37,957 nt of DNA from Acidimicrobiaceae bacterium (GTDB lineage: Bacteria > Actinomycetota > Acidimicrobiia > Acidimicrobiales > Ilumatobacteraceae), in contig PMCN01000131.1 in the NCBI GenBank assembly GCA_003154135.1, positions 800 to 38,756 of the forward strand. Direction: 5' to 3'. The notes below the pieces were generated by a model. That model was not told the DNA's origin. It worked only from the letters and a program-made list of their open reading frames with translations, and searched no databases. Of the stretch, positions 8,324 to 17,066 are shown piece by piece (position 1 is the first letter of the stretch; each line of letters opens with the position of its first letter). Both the position numbers and the translations under genes were made by a program.

Positions 8324-10372
8324 CTACTGCGCGGGGGCGATGCCGACGGCTGTGTCGTAGTAGGCGACGCCTCCGCCCCAGTCGGTGAGCGTGTCGTTGG
8401 TGAGCGAGTTGGCCACCATCCCGTCGGGGTGCTGATGGCTCCACCAACCCCATGGCACGGCCACCACGCCCGGACGCACGCGCGTGCTGAGGCGCACCGG
8501 TAGTCGCAGCTCGCCACGATGGTTCCACACGCGCACGCAGTCGCCCTCGGCCACACCGAGGTGAGCGGCGTCGGCGGCCACCATCTCCACGAACGGCGCG
8601 CCCTCCAGGGGACCGTGCTTGGGGAGGTGCGAGTAGCTGCTGTTGAGGAAGCGGGTGTGCTGCTTGGGGGTGAGCAGCGCGAACGGCAGGTCGTCGCCTG
8701 GTCGGTCGACCGGCTCGTCGTAGGTGGGCAGGGCCGGGAAGCCCATCGCCGCCAGCGAGTCGCAGCGCAGCTCCACGCGGCCCGACGGAGTGGGGAACAC
8801 GCCGTCGCCGAAGGGGCGGCCGTCGGCGGGGTAGGGCACGCGCACGAAGCCGTCGCGGCGCAGTGCGTCGAGGTCGACCTGCGGCAGGCAGTCGCGCAGC
8901 ACGGTGAGGTCGTCGTGGAACAGTGCAGGCTCGGTGCACCCCATCGCGGCGGCGATGCGGCGGTGCAACTCGCTGTTGCTCACGGCCTCACCCTGCGGTG
9001 CGATGGCGGCTTCGTTCCAGCCGAGGTACAGATGGCCCCACGACGCCACGACGTCGATCGACTCGATCTGTGTGGTGGCCGGCAGCAGCAGGTCGGCGAA
9101 GCGGGCGGTGTCGGTGACGAACTGGTCGTGCACCACGGTGAACAGGTCGTCGCGCAGCAACCCGCGGCGCAGCAACTCGGTGTTGGGCACCGACACCATC
9201 GCGTTCACGCTCAGCATGACCACCGCGTGCACTGCAGGTGTGATGCCCTCGTCGGTGAGCACCTTGGCGAGGTGACCCATCTGCACCGCTCGCGGGCGAC
9301 GACCGGCCAGCAGGTCGGGTCGGGTCAGTGACGCGCTGTCGACCACCGCGTTGCTCCACACGCCCACGCTGCGGGCGAAGCCACCACCGCGGTCGCGCCA
9401 CGCACCCACCAGCGCAGGTAGGCAGGTGAGCGTGCGGAAGAACATCGCGCCGTGCTCGTGGTGCTCGGCTCCGATCAGCGTGCGGATGGCCGCAGGTCGG
9501 ATGGTGCCGTACATGCGGGCGAGCGTCTCGATGTCGTGCTCGTCGATGCCGCACACAGCGGCGGCACGCGCGGGCGGCCATTCGGCAACGTGCGTCGCCA
9601 GCTCGTCGAAGCCCAGGGTGTGCTCGTGCACCCAGGCGCGGTCGACCATGTCGTCGCGCACCAGCACGTGCATCATCGCCAGCATGAGCGCCACGTCGGT
9701 GCCGGGCAGCGGCTGCAGGAACCAGTCGGCCGAGTCGGCGGTGATGGTGCGCAGCGGGTCGATCACCACCACCTGCGCACCCTGCGCACGCGCGCGGTCG
9801 ATGACCGGCCACAGGTGCCGGTTGGTGAGGCGCGTGTTGGTGCCCCACAGGATGATGAGCCGGCTGTGCTCGAGCTCGCTCGGGTCGAGGCCCTTGCCCG
9901 TGCCGTGGGTGGCGGCGGCGCCCGCGCCGGCGGCGGCACCGCACAACGCACCCTCGACGCTGGTGACGCCGAGGTGATGCCACAGGCGCTCGCCGAACAT
10001 CAGCGCGAGGAGGCTCTGGTTGCCGGCGCTCGTGTAGGGGAGGATGGCCTCGGGACCGTGCTGGGCGACGATGTGGTGGAAGCGCTCGGCGATCTCGGCG
10101 AGCGCGTCGTCCCACGAGATGCGTTCGAAGCGACCCTCGCCCTTGGCACCCACGCGGCGCATGGGGTGCAGCACCCTGTCGGGGCTGTACACACGGTCGA
10201 GGTAGCGGTTCACCTTCGGGCACAGCTCGCCGTTGCTGTACGGGTGCGCAGGGTTGCCACGGAGCTGCACGGCCTGTGCACCGTCGACCGTGACCTGCCA
10301 GCCACAGCTGTCGGGGCAGTCGTGGTGACACGTGCCGTGCACCGTCTGGGCGTCGATTCGGGCGTCGCTCAT
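8324..10372 (-). CDS. Molybdopterin (bis-MGD) oxidoreductase, MopB superfamily; substrate not assignable
   Basis: Track ORF 8324..10417; start preferred at ATG 10372 (MSDARIDAQTVHGTCHHDCPDSCGW...). N-terminal Cys cluster for a 4Fe-4S centre, ~680 aa, C-terminal molydopterin_dinuc-binding-like RVWNHRGELRLPVRLSTRVRPGVVAVP. Confidence 0.9.
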   Translation of the reverse strand: MSDARIDAQTVHGTCHHDCPDSCGWQVTVDGAQAVQLRGNPAHPYSNGELCPKVNRYLDRVYSPDRVLHPMRRVGAKGEGRFERISWDDALAEIAERFHHIVAQHGPEAILPYTSAGNQSLLALMFGERLWHHLGVTSVEGALCGAAAGAGAAATHGTGKGLDPSELEHSRLIILWGTNTRLTNRHLWPVIDRARAQGAQVVVIDPLRTITADSADWFLQPLPGTDVALMLAMMHVLVRDDMVDRAWVHEHTLGFDELATHVAEWPPARAAAVCGIDEHDIETLARMYGTIRPAAIRTLIGAEHHEHGAMFFRTLTCLPALVGAWRDRGGGFARSVGVWSNAVVDSASLTRPDLLAGRRPRAVQMGHLAKVLTDEGITPAVHAVVMLSVNAMVSVPNTELLRRGLLRDDLFTVVHDQFVTDTARFADLLLPATTQIESIDVVASWGHLYLGWNEAAIAPQGEAVSNSELHRRIAAAMGCTEPALFHDDLTVLRDCLPQVDLDALRRDGFVRVPYPADGRPFGDGVFPTPSGRVELRCDSLAAMGFPALPTYDEPVDRPGDDLPFALLTPKQHTRFLNSSYSHLPKHGPLEGAPFVEMVAADAAHLGVAEGDCVRVWNHRGELRLPVRLSTRVRPGVVAVPWGWWSHQHPDGMVANSLTNDTLTDWGGGVAYYDTAVGIAPAQ

Positions 10373-10443
10373 CCCACCAGGGTAGGCGGTCGTGCGGGCT
10401 ACAGTCGCTCGACGCACCGCCCCGGTGTCGCCGAGGAGGACCC

Positions 10444-11004
10444 ATGTTCGGCAAGCCCCGCAAGGGAGTGCGCAAGGAGCTCGAGAAGGAGGGCGTCCGC
10501 GCCAGCGCCGTGGTGGTCGACATCGCCCACCGTGGCATCTCCATCCAGACCGACGGCAACGTCGCCGGTGCAGAGGCGTCGCTGAAGACGACGTTGCGCG
10601 TGCAGCCGCCCGACGGGATGCCCGCGTTCGACGTGCACCAGGCGTTTCGCTACTCCCAGTTCGCGGTGCCGAACGCGGGCGATCACGTCCGCGTGATCTA
10701 CGACCCCGACGACCACGAGCACATCATGATCGACACGTCGTCACCGGTGTCGTCGGTGCGCAACATCGTCATCGACAACGGCGTGGTGGTGCAGGGCGAC
10801 ACCGGCGGCCTCGACGTCAACGCGCTGCTCGCCAACCTTGCCAGCGCCGTGCCCGGCCTCGACCTCACCGGCACCACCGCCACGGCCGCGCCCGCGCCGG
10901 ATCCGCTCGATCAGTTGGCGAAGCTGGGCGCGCTGAAGCAGCAGGGACTGCTCACCGACGCCGAGTTCGAGGAGCAGAAGGCGCGCATCCTGCACCCCCA
11001 CTGA
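10444..11004 (+). CDS. SHOCT-domain protein (uncharacterised N-terminal beta-rich domain)
   Basis: Track ORF 10444..11004. GAGGAGGA Shine-Dalgarno before the ATG. C-terminal LDQLAKLGALKQQGLLTDAEFEEQKARIL is a SHOCT motif. Confidence 0.75.
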   Translation: MFGKPRKGVRKELEKEGVRASAVVVDIAHRGISIQTDGNVAGAEASLKTTLRVQPPDGMPAFDVHQAFRYSQFAVPNAGDHVRVIYDPDDHEHIMIDTSSPVSSVRNIVIDNGVVVQGDTGGLDVNALLANLASAVPGLDLTGTTATAAPAPDPLDQLAKLGALKQQGLLTDAEFEEQKARILHPH

Positions 11005-11029
11005 CGCGGGAGTGCAGGCGTCGCGTCAG
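11001..11029. terminator. Hairpin whose 8-bp arms contain both convergent stop codons
   Basis: ctgacgcg-(13 nt)-cgcgtcag. The left arm holds the TGA of the SHOCT gene and the right arm holds the TCA (TGA on the minus strand) of the LLM gene. Confidence 0.35.
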
Positions 11030-12012
11030 GCGAAGATGCGGCCGAGCACCTGGCCCGCATGGGCGACGGCCTCGAGGTCGTAGGCATCGGCCATGTTGAA
11101 GATGAGGCCGTCGAGACCGGCGTCGCGCAGCCCGCGGATGTTCTCGCCCACCGCGTCGGGATCGCCCACGATGAACTGCGCCTTCACCCGCGTCTGCAGG
11201 TCGGCGGGCAGGTCGTCGACCTTGGCGCCACCGAGGCGGGCGGTGAGCTTGGCCTGCGCCTCCTCCATCGTGCGTCCGAGCAGCAACGTGCCCAGCCGCG
11301 TGCGGCAGATGTCCTTCGGGTTGCGCCCCAGGCGCGAGCAGTGCTCGTCGAGCACACCGAGCAGGCGGCGCACGCCGGCAGCGTCACCGAACACGTTGCA
11401 GGCGTCGCCGTACTGGGCCACCATGCGCAGGGTCTTCTTCTCGCCGCTGCCGCCGATGAGCACGGGCGGGCCACCCATCTGCACGGGCTTGGGCACGTTG
11501 AGCGCGTTGGTCACCGTGAACCACTTGCCGTTGAACGTGGTGGTGTCGTTGACGAACATGCTCTTCGCGATCTGAAGCCCTTCTTCGAGCTTCTCGAAGC
11601 GATCGGTGAAGGTGCCGAACTCGAAGCCGTAGTCGTTGTGCTCCTGCTCGAACCAGCCGGCGCCGATGCCCCAGATGGCGCGGCCGCGGGAGATGACGTC
11701 GAGGCAGGTGACCGTCTTGGCCAGCAGGGCCGGGTTGCGGTAGGTCATGCCACCGACCATGCAACCCAGGCGCACCGACGACGTGCACGCGGCGAGCGCC
11801 GACAGCAGCGTGTACGCCTCGAACATGTTCTCGTCGGGCCGGCCGATGAGCGGCAGCTGGTAGAAGTGGTCCATCACGAACACGCTGTCGAAGCCGCTCT
11901 CCTCGGCGGTGACGGCGATGTCGGAGATGCGTTCGAACAGGTCGTGCGTGCCGACGCCGGGGTAGGTGAACGAGGGGATCTGCAGCCCCATGCGGATGTT
12001 GGGATTCGTCAT
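11026..12012 (-). CDS. Luciferase-like (LLM class) F420-dependent oxidoreductase, Rv1855c-like
   Basis: ATG at 12012 inside track ORF 11026..12486. MTNPNIRMGLQIPSFTYPGV...FDSVFVMDHFYQLP...RLGCMVGGMTYRNPALLAK...GRAIWGIGAGWFEQEH; 328 aa. Confidence 0.9.
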   Translation of the reverse strand: MTNPNIRMGLQIPSFTYPGVGTHDLFERISDIAVTAEESGFDSVFVMDHFYQLPLIGRPDENMFEAYTLLSALAACTSSVRLGCMVGGMTYRNPALLAKTVTCLDVISRGRAIWGIGAGWFEQEHNDYGFEFGTFTDRFEKLEEGLQIAKSMFVNDTTTFNGKWFTVTNALNVPKPVQMGGPPVLIGGSGEKKTLRMVAQYGDACNVFGDAAGVRRLLGVLDEHCSRLGRNPKDICRTRLGTLLLGRTMEEAQAKLTARLGGAKVDDLPADLQTRVKAQFIVGDPDAVGENIRGLRDAGLDGLIFNMADAYDLEAVAHAGQVLGRIFA

Positions 12013-12073
12013 GCAACGGACGATACGCCCGTGCGGCGCCACTTGCCCCGCCACCTGCCCTGCGCAGGCCCGG

Positions 12074-13393
12074 TCAGCTCGTGCGCACGACTTCGACGAG
12101 GCCCATGCCCACTCGGAGGTCGAGCGTGACCGAGCCGGCCGGCGTCGAAGGGGTGATCGGCGCGGTGGCCTGACCGGTGGGGTCGCTGGCCGCGGGGCCG
12201 GTGAGGTCGCGCGTGTCGGATTGGCGCATGCCGCTCGCGACCTCGCGGTCGTCGATGCGAATGGAGCCCATGCCCACCGCCGAGTGGACGTGCACGGTGA
12301 CACCGCTCGGCACTGTGACCAGCAGCCGCCCCGTGCCCACTTCGGCAGTGATGTGCAGATCTCCGGTGAACGCATCGGCCGGCAACACGCCCAGGTCGAT
12401 GCTGAGGTCTCCGGCCGCGAGGTACTGGGTCTGCTGGGCCGCTGCGGCGGTGGCCGGTTGCACGCTGCGCGTTCCGGTGCCGCCATCGAGGCGCGGCTGC
12501 GCCACGCACAGCCCGATCAACGCCATGGCGAGCAGGGTGAACGGCACGGGCAGGAACCAACTGCGGTTGACGACGGTGCTCACCGCGAGCGCCGCCATCA
12601 CGATCGCGATCGCCGTGACCACCACCCACAGGGTGGGGATGGTCCACACCCCCATCGCACCGAAGAGGGCGACGACCCCGACGAACAGGGTGGCCACGCC
12701 CACCCCGACGAGACCGATGTAGCGCCGCGGCCGCCGGGGGGCGACGGTCGTGCTCGTGCCAGTCGTGGCGACGGGGGTGCTCGTGCCGATCGTGGTGAGC
12801 CGCTCCGTGATGTCTGCGTACCCGGTGCCCGCAGCCGAACCCATCGTCGGCGGCGGCAGCGGCGACCCGGCCGGCATCGGCGTCGCGGGAGGTGACGCGA
12901 CGCCGTCGTGACGGTGCCCGAGCGACGTGCTGGCCCACACGAGCACACCGAGGGCGATGAGGGCAACGCCCCACGGCGCGCCGCGGAACAAGAACCAGCT
13001 GCCCAACGTGCCCAGGCCGCCGGCGAGCAGCACGAGACAGATGGCGGCCAGCACGGGCAGGCGGCGGCGATCGCGCACGATGACGCTCAACGGCTGGGCC
13101 TGCGACGGGTCGGCGGGCAGCAGCGCCCAGGCGGCGATGTAGACGAGGATGAACACGGGCAGCACGAAGGCTGCGACCACCGAGGCGATGCGCGTGGTCT
13201 TCAGTTCGAAGCCGTAGGCACGGCTCACGCCGGCCACCACGCCGCCGAGCTTGCCGCCGTCGGGGCCGCCCTTGGGGACGCGCGACAGCGGCACGTTGCG
13301 CCAGCCATGGGGGCCGTGGTGCTGCCGGCCGTGTTCCTGGTCGTGTTCCTGGCCGTGTTCCTGTGCGGGGGGATCGATCATCTGGGTGCTCAT
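12074..13393 (-). CDS. PspC-domain membrane protein with LiaF-like (toastrack) C-terminal domain and His-rich N-terminus
   Basis: Track ORF 12074..13393. PspC motif LSRVPKGGPDGGKLGGVVAGVSRAYGFELKTTRIASVVAAFVLPVFILVYIAAWALLP, several TM helices, C-terminal GDLSIDLG...GDLHITAEVGTGRLLVTVPSGVTVHVHSAVGMGSIRID...VTLDLRVGMGLVEVV. Confidence 0.85.
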   Translation of the reverse strand: MSTQMIDPPAQEHGQEHDQEHGRQHHGPHGWRNVPLSRVPKGGPDGGKLGGVVAGVSRAYGFELKTTRIASVVAAFVLPVFILVYIAAWALLPADPSQAQPLSVIVRDRRRLPVLAAICLVLLAGGLGTLGSWFLFRGAPWGVALIALGVLVWASTSLGHRHDGVASPPATPMPAGSPLPPPTMGSAAGTGYADITERLTTIGTSTPVATTGTSTTVAPRRPRRYIGLVGVGVATLFVGVVALFGAMGVWTIPTLWVVVTAIAIVMAALAVSTVVNRSWFLPVPFTLLAMALIGLCVAQPRLDGGTGTRSVQPATAAAAQQTQYLAAGDLSIDLGVLPADAFTGDLHITAEVGTGRLLVTVPSGVTVHVHSAVGMGSIRIDDREVASGMRQSDTRDLTGPAASDPTGQATAPITPSTPAGSVTLDLRVGMGLVEVVRTS

Positions 13394-13457
13394 GTTCGCA
13401 GTGCTCCTTGCTCGTCCTCATCATCCGCCGTCGCCGCACCCCTGCCATCGGGGCCGC

Positions 13458-13487
13458 ACCCTGAACCGACCCTGAACCGCCCCTGAG
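13458..13487. promoter_or_regulatory. Tandem 11-nt direct repeat (ACCCTGAACCG x2 plus a partial third) in the divergent PspC / PspC-kinase promoter region
   Basis: accctgaaccg accctgaaccg cccctgag read directly. Lies between the divergent starts at 13393 (-) and 13556 (+). GACAAT at 13543-13548 sits 7 nt before the ATG at 13556, which is leaderless-like geometry. Confidence 0.35.
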
Positions 13488-13555
13488 ATGCAGGCGGCGA
13501 CTGCCCGGGTCGGGCCCCGATGCCATCGCGGCCGCATCGTGCGACAATCGAGTCG

Positions 13556-14764
13556 ATGCACGACTCACCGCTGGCCTTCCCTCGTCAGGACGACGGGCGC
13601 GCGATCGCGGGCGTGGCCGGCGGGTTCGCGCGTCGGCACGGCCTCGACCCGTTGGTGGTGCGCGGCGCGCTGGTGGTGCTCTCCTTCGCTGCCGGGCTGG
13701 GCCTCGTGCTGTACGTGGCCGGTGCCGCGCTGTCGACCGAGCCCGACCCGAACGCCGCGACGCAGCCGCCCGATGCGAGGCGCAACGTGTCGGTGGCGCT
13801 CATCGCGGCAGGGCTGCTGCTGGTGGTGCGGTCGACCGGAGTCTGGTTGGGTGACGCGGTGATGGTGCCGTTGGCCGTGCTGGCGGCCGGCGTGGTGGTG
13901 CTCGGGGTGGTGCGCTCCGGCGGCGACGACGCAACGGAGACGCAGCTGGCCGGCCTGGTCGCCGGGCGGCACGCGCGGCTGCGCGTGATGCTCGGTGCAC
14001 TGCTGCTCGCCGTCGGCCTCGTATCGGTGGGCGCCGGGCGTCAGGTGTCGACCTCGGTGCGCGTGGGGGTGTTCGCCGCCGCGCTCAGCATCGTGGGTGT
14101 TGCGCTGCTGTTGGGTCCGTGGGTCGCCGGGTTCGCGCAGTCGGCGGCGGAGGAGCGGCGCGAGCGAATCCGTGCGCAGGAGCGCGAAGCGATGGCCGCA
14201 CACCTTCACGACTCGGTGCTGCAGACGCTCGCGCTCATCCAGCGCACCGCCGACGACCCGCGGCGCACCGCCAGCCTGGCGCGCCAGCAGGAGCACGAGC
14301 TGCGGGCATGGTTGTTCGGCGGCGGCGATGCCGTCGGCGCCACGTTCGCGAGTGCGCTGCGTGCGATGGCGTTCGAGGTGGAGCAGCGCCACGACGTGCG
14401 CGTCGAGGTGGTCACCGTGGGCGACACCCCGCTCGACGAGGTGTCGAGTGCGTTGCTCGCGGCCACCCGCGAAGCGTGCGTGAACGCCGCGAAGCACAGC
14501 GGGGTGCAGGATGTGTCGGTCTACGCCGAAGTCGCAGTGGGCACGCCCGGCGCGGGCACGCTGGAGTGCTTCGTGCGCGACCGTGGCCGTGGCTTCGATC
14601 CGACGCTGGCTGCACCCGACCGGCACGGCATCACGCAGTCGATCGAGGCCAGGCTCGAGCGTGTCGGTGGTGGCGCGGTCATCGACTCGGCCCCGGACCA
14701 GGGCACAGAGGTGCACCTCAGCGTGCCGTTGCGGGTCGACGCCGGTTCCGGGGTGGTCTCGTGA
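13556..14764 (+). CDS. PspC-domain sensor histidine kinase (HisKA_3 / LiaS-NarX type)
   Basis: ATG at 13556 in track ORF 13520..14764. N-terminal PspC motif (GRAIAGVAGGFARRHGLDPLVVRGALVVLSFAAGLGLVLYV), multiple TM helices, H-box AAHLHDSVLQTLALIQ, HATPase region (NAAKHSG..., RDRGRGFD, GGGAVIDSAPDQGTEV). Confidence 0.87.
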   Translation: MHDSPLAFPRQDDGRAIAGVAGGFARRHGLDPLVVRGALVVLSFAAGLGLVLYVAGAALSTEPDPNAATQPPDARRNVSVALIAAGLLLVVRSTGVWLGDAVMVPLAVLAAGVVVLGVVRSGGDDATETQLAGLVAGRHARLRVMLGALLLAVGLVSVGAGRQVSTSVRVGVFAAALSIVGVALLLGPWVAGFAQSAAEERRERIRAQEREAMAAHLHDSVLQTLALIQRTADDPRRTASLARQQEHELRAWLFGGGDAVGATFASALRAMAFEVEQRHDVRVEVVTVGDTPLDEVSSALLAATREACVNAAKHSGVQDVSVYAEVAVGTPGAGTLECFVRDRGRGFDPTLAAPDRHGITQSIEARLERVGGGAVIDSAPDQGTEVHLSVPLRVDAGSGVVS

Positions 14765-15399
14765 GCGACGTCACGGTGTTCCTGGTCGACGACCACGCGC
14801 TGTTCCGTGCCGGCGTGAAGGCCGAGCTGGGCGACGGCGTGCGGGTGCTGGGCGAGGCCGGCACCGTGGTCGAGGCGATCGCCGGAGTGCTGGCCCTGCG
14901 ACCCGACGTGGTGCTGCTCGACGTGCACCTGCCCGACGGTGGAGGGAGGGCGGTCATCGAGGGCGTCGTGCGCGAGTGGCCCGAGGCCGTGTTCCTCGCG
15001 CTGTCGGTGTCGGATGCGGCCGACGACGTGGTCGCGGTCATCCGCGCCGGTGCCCGTGGCTACGTCACCAAGACCATCGACCCACCCGCGCTGATCGACG
15101 CGGTCCGTCGTGTGCACGACGGCGACGCCGTGTTCTCGCCCCGTCTCGCCGGCTTCGTGCTCGACGCGTTCTCCGGCCAGGTACCGCCGTCGAGCGACCC
15201 CGAGCTCGACCTGCTCACCGTTCGCGAACAGGAGGTGATGCGGCTCATCGCACGCGGCTACACCTATCGCGAGGTGGCCACCCGCCTGCACCTGTCGGTG
15301 AAGACCGTCGAGACGCACGTGTCGGCCGTGCTGCGCAAGCTGCAACTCTCGAACCGTCGCGAGTTGTCGGCCTGGGCCTCCACGCGTCGACTGCTCTAG
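14761..15399 (+). CDS. LuxR/NarL-family response regulator
   Basis: GTG at 14761 overlaps the kinase stop (GTGA); frame of track ORF 14119..15399. Receiver VFLVDDHALFRAG...DVVLLDVHLPDGGG...YVTK; GerE HTH LTVREQEVMRLIARGYTYREVATRLHLSVKTVETHVSAVLRKL. Confidence 0.92.
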   Translation: MSDVTVFLVDDHALFRAGVKAELGDGVRVLGEAGTVVEAIAGVLALRPDVVLLDVHLPDGGGRAVIEGVVREWPEAVFLALSVSDAADDVVAVIRAGARGYVTKTIDPPALIDAVRRVHDGDAVFSPRLAGFVLDAFSGQVPPSSDPELDLLTVREQEVMRLIARGYTYREVATRLHLSVKTVETHVSAVLRKLQLSNRRELSAWASTRRLL

Positions 15400-15408
15400 C
15401 GCGACCGA

Positions 15409-15972
15409 CTACTTCGCGGCCCAGTCGGTGAAGGTGATGGTGGCGTCGGGTGCCTGGCTGACGAAGCGCACGCGGTCGATCTTCTTGCCTTTGGGCACGA
15501 GGAACAGCGAGCAGCTCTGGTAGCTCTCGCCCGGGTTCAACAGGCCGCTGTCGTTGCCCGGGCACTTGGCGAACCCGGAGCCGCTGAGGTCGAGGATGAT
15601 GGTGGACGACACGGACTCGCCCTTGGTGTCCTCCACGTCGAGCGGCAGGTTGCGCGCGACGGCGTTGCTGCCCTTGTTGGTGAACTTGGCGTCGACGTAG
15701 TACGGCGTGCTGTTCTTGGCCGTGTCGTCGAGCTGCAGACCGGCGGCGGCCAACTCGTCCTGCGTGCCGACCCGTACGGCCACGACGGTGACTGCGATGG
15801 TGGTGTTGGCGGCGGGGATCGTGCCGTCGGCCGACGCGGCGTACGACACGGTCGCCTCGGTGCCGAGGGCAAGCTTGGTTCCACCGCTGCTGGAGCTGCC
15901 ACAGGCCGCCATGGTGAGTGCTGCGATGGTGACGGCGGCGGTCGCGAGCATGAGTGATCGGGTTCTCATGCG
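15409..15972 (-). CDS. Secreted lipoprotein, Ig-like (DUF4352-like) fold
   Basis: ATG at 15972 in track ORF 15409..16050. MRTRSLMLATAAVTIAALTMAAC lipobox, then beta-rich YYVDAKFTNKGSNAVARNLPLDVEDTKGESV. Confidence 0.7.
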   Translation of the reverse strand, partial: RMRTRSLMLATAAVTIAALTMAACGSSSSGGTKLALGTEATVSYAASADGTIPAANTTIAVTVVAVRVGTQDELAAAGLQLDDTAKNSTPYYVDAKFTNKGSNAVARNLPLDVEDTKGESVSSTIILDLSGSGFAKCPGNDSGLLNPGESYQSCSLFLVPKGKKIDRVRFVSQAPDATITFTDWAAK

Positions 15973-16012
15973 GTGTGATCGTAGGTGCTGTGCGAACACC
16001 GACGGGGAATGG

Positions 16013-17038
16013 TCAGGCGGTGAGGAAGCGGATCTCGCGGGCCACTTCACCGAAGCGCTCGAGGCGGTCGGGATGGCTCATCAGTGCGTTGTAGAACACG
16101 AGCCGCGAGGCGACGCCCTGGTACTTGTCGACGAGACGCGGCGCGAGTTCGCCCCAGGTGGCCTCGGTGCAGAACGTGTCGATGTGATCGTCGGTGATCT
16201 CAGCGGCCATCGCCGCTGCGTCGCCGGCCTTCTGGTGACGGCGGATGCGCTCGGTGGTGCCTTCGAAGCCGGCCTCGTCCCAGATGAACGCGTAGTTGGG
16301 CGTGCTGCCGTAGAAGCTGAGCATGCCGCGCAGCAACTCGCGATCGTGGGCGCGCTCCTCGTCGGTGTCGCCGACGATGATGTTGACCGGCACGATGATC
16401 GCGACATCGGCGGGGTCGCGTCCCTCCTCGGCCGCACCCTGGGCGACGTTGGGCACCACGTGCCGTTGCAGGTAGCCGGGCTCGCCGATCGGATGCACGT
16501 GCACACCGTCGGCCACCTGCCCGGCCATGCGCAGCATCCACGGGTTGACGGCGGCGACGTCGACCTTCGGGTCGGGCGCATCGATGGGGCCAGGACTCCA
16601 CTGCCGGTTGAGCCAGGTGAGCTCGTAGTAGTCGCCGCGATGGTCGAGGGGTGCCCCGCGGAAGCCGGCGAAGCACGCCTTCACCGCGAGCACGTAGTCG
16701 CGCAGGCGAGGACCCGGAGGGTCGAAGGGCACGCCGTAGCGGCGCACGACGTGCGTGCGCACCTGCGTGCCGAGTCCGAGCCGGAACCTGCCGCCAGTGG
16801 CCTCCTGCAACTCCCACGCGGTCTGCGCGGTGACCATCGGGCTGCGCGGGAAGGCGACGGCGACGCCGGTGCTCAACGCGAGCGACGGTGCGGCCACCGC
16901 GGCGGCGGCGGCCGACAGGTATGCGGTGCGCCCACCCTCGGTGAACAGGATGCCGTCGACACCGGAAGCCGCGACGGCCTTGGCCACCGGCGCCATCTGC
17001 TGCAGCGGTCGAGGGGTGAGCATCACGTCGACGTCCAT
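16013..17038 (-). CDS. Luciferase-like (LLM class) F420-dependent oxidoreductase
   Basis: Track ORF 16013..17038. ...GVDGILFTEGGRTAY...RFRLGLGTQVRTHVVRRYGVPFDPPGPRLRDYV... Only 28 nt downstream of the adaptor-2 stop on the same strand. Confidence 0.88.
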   Translation of the reverse strand: MDVDVMLTPRPLQQMAPVAKAVAASGVDGILFTEGGRTAYLSAAAAAVAAPSLALSTGVAVAFPRSPMVTAQTAWELQEATGGRFRLGLGTQVRTHVVRRYGVPFDPPGPRLRDYVLAVKACFAGFRGAPLDHRGDYYELTWLNRQWSPGPIDAPDPKVDVAAVNPWMLRMAGQVADGVHVHPIGEPGYLQRHVVPNVAQGAAEEGRDPADVAIIVPVNIIVGDTDEERAHDRELLRGMLSFYGSTPNYAFIWDEAGFEGTTERIRRHQKAGDAAAMAAEITDDHIDTFCTEATWGELAPRLVDKYQGVASRLVFYNALMSHPDRLERFGEVAREIRFLTA

Positions 17039-17066
17039 GAGCGGAGCGTACGACGACGGCGTCTCG

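Noticed and set aside
7016-8503. Plus-strand ORF 7016..8503 (495 aa) antisense to the MgtE-N/CBS gene
   Set aside because: The sequence is low-complexity and rich in Val, Ala, Gly, His and Arg. The opposite strand encodes clear MgtE-N and CBS motifs with proper GC3 bias.
8324-10372. Calling the molybdoenzyme a specific nitrate reductase, formate dehydrogenase or DMSO reductase
   Set aside because: Only the generic MopB architecture and the N-terminal Fe-S Cys cluster are visible. There are no partner subunits, Tat signal, or nitrate/formate-related genes nearby. Substrate assignment would be guesswork.
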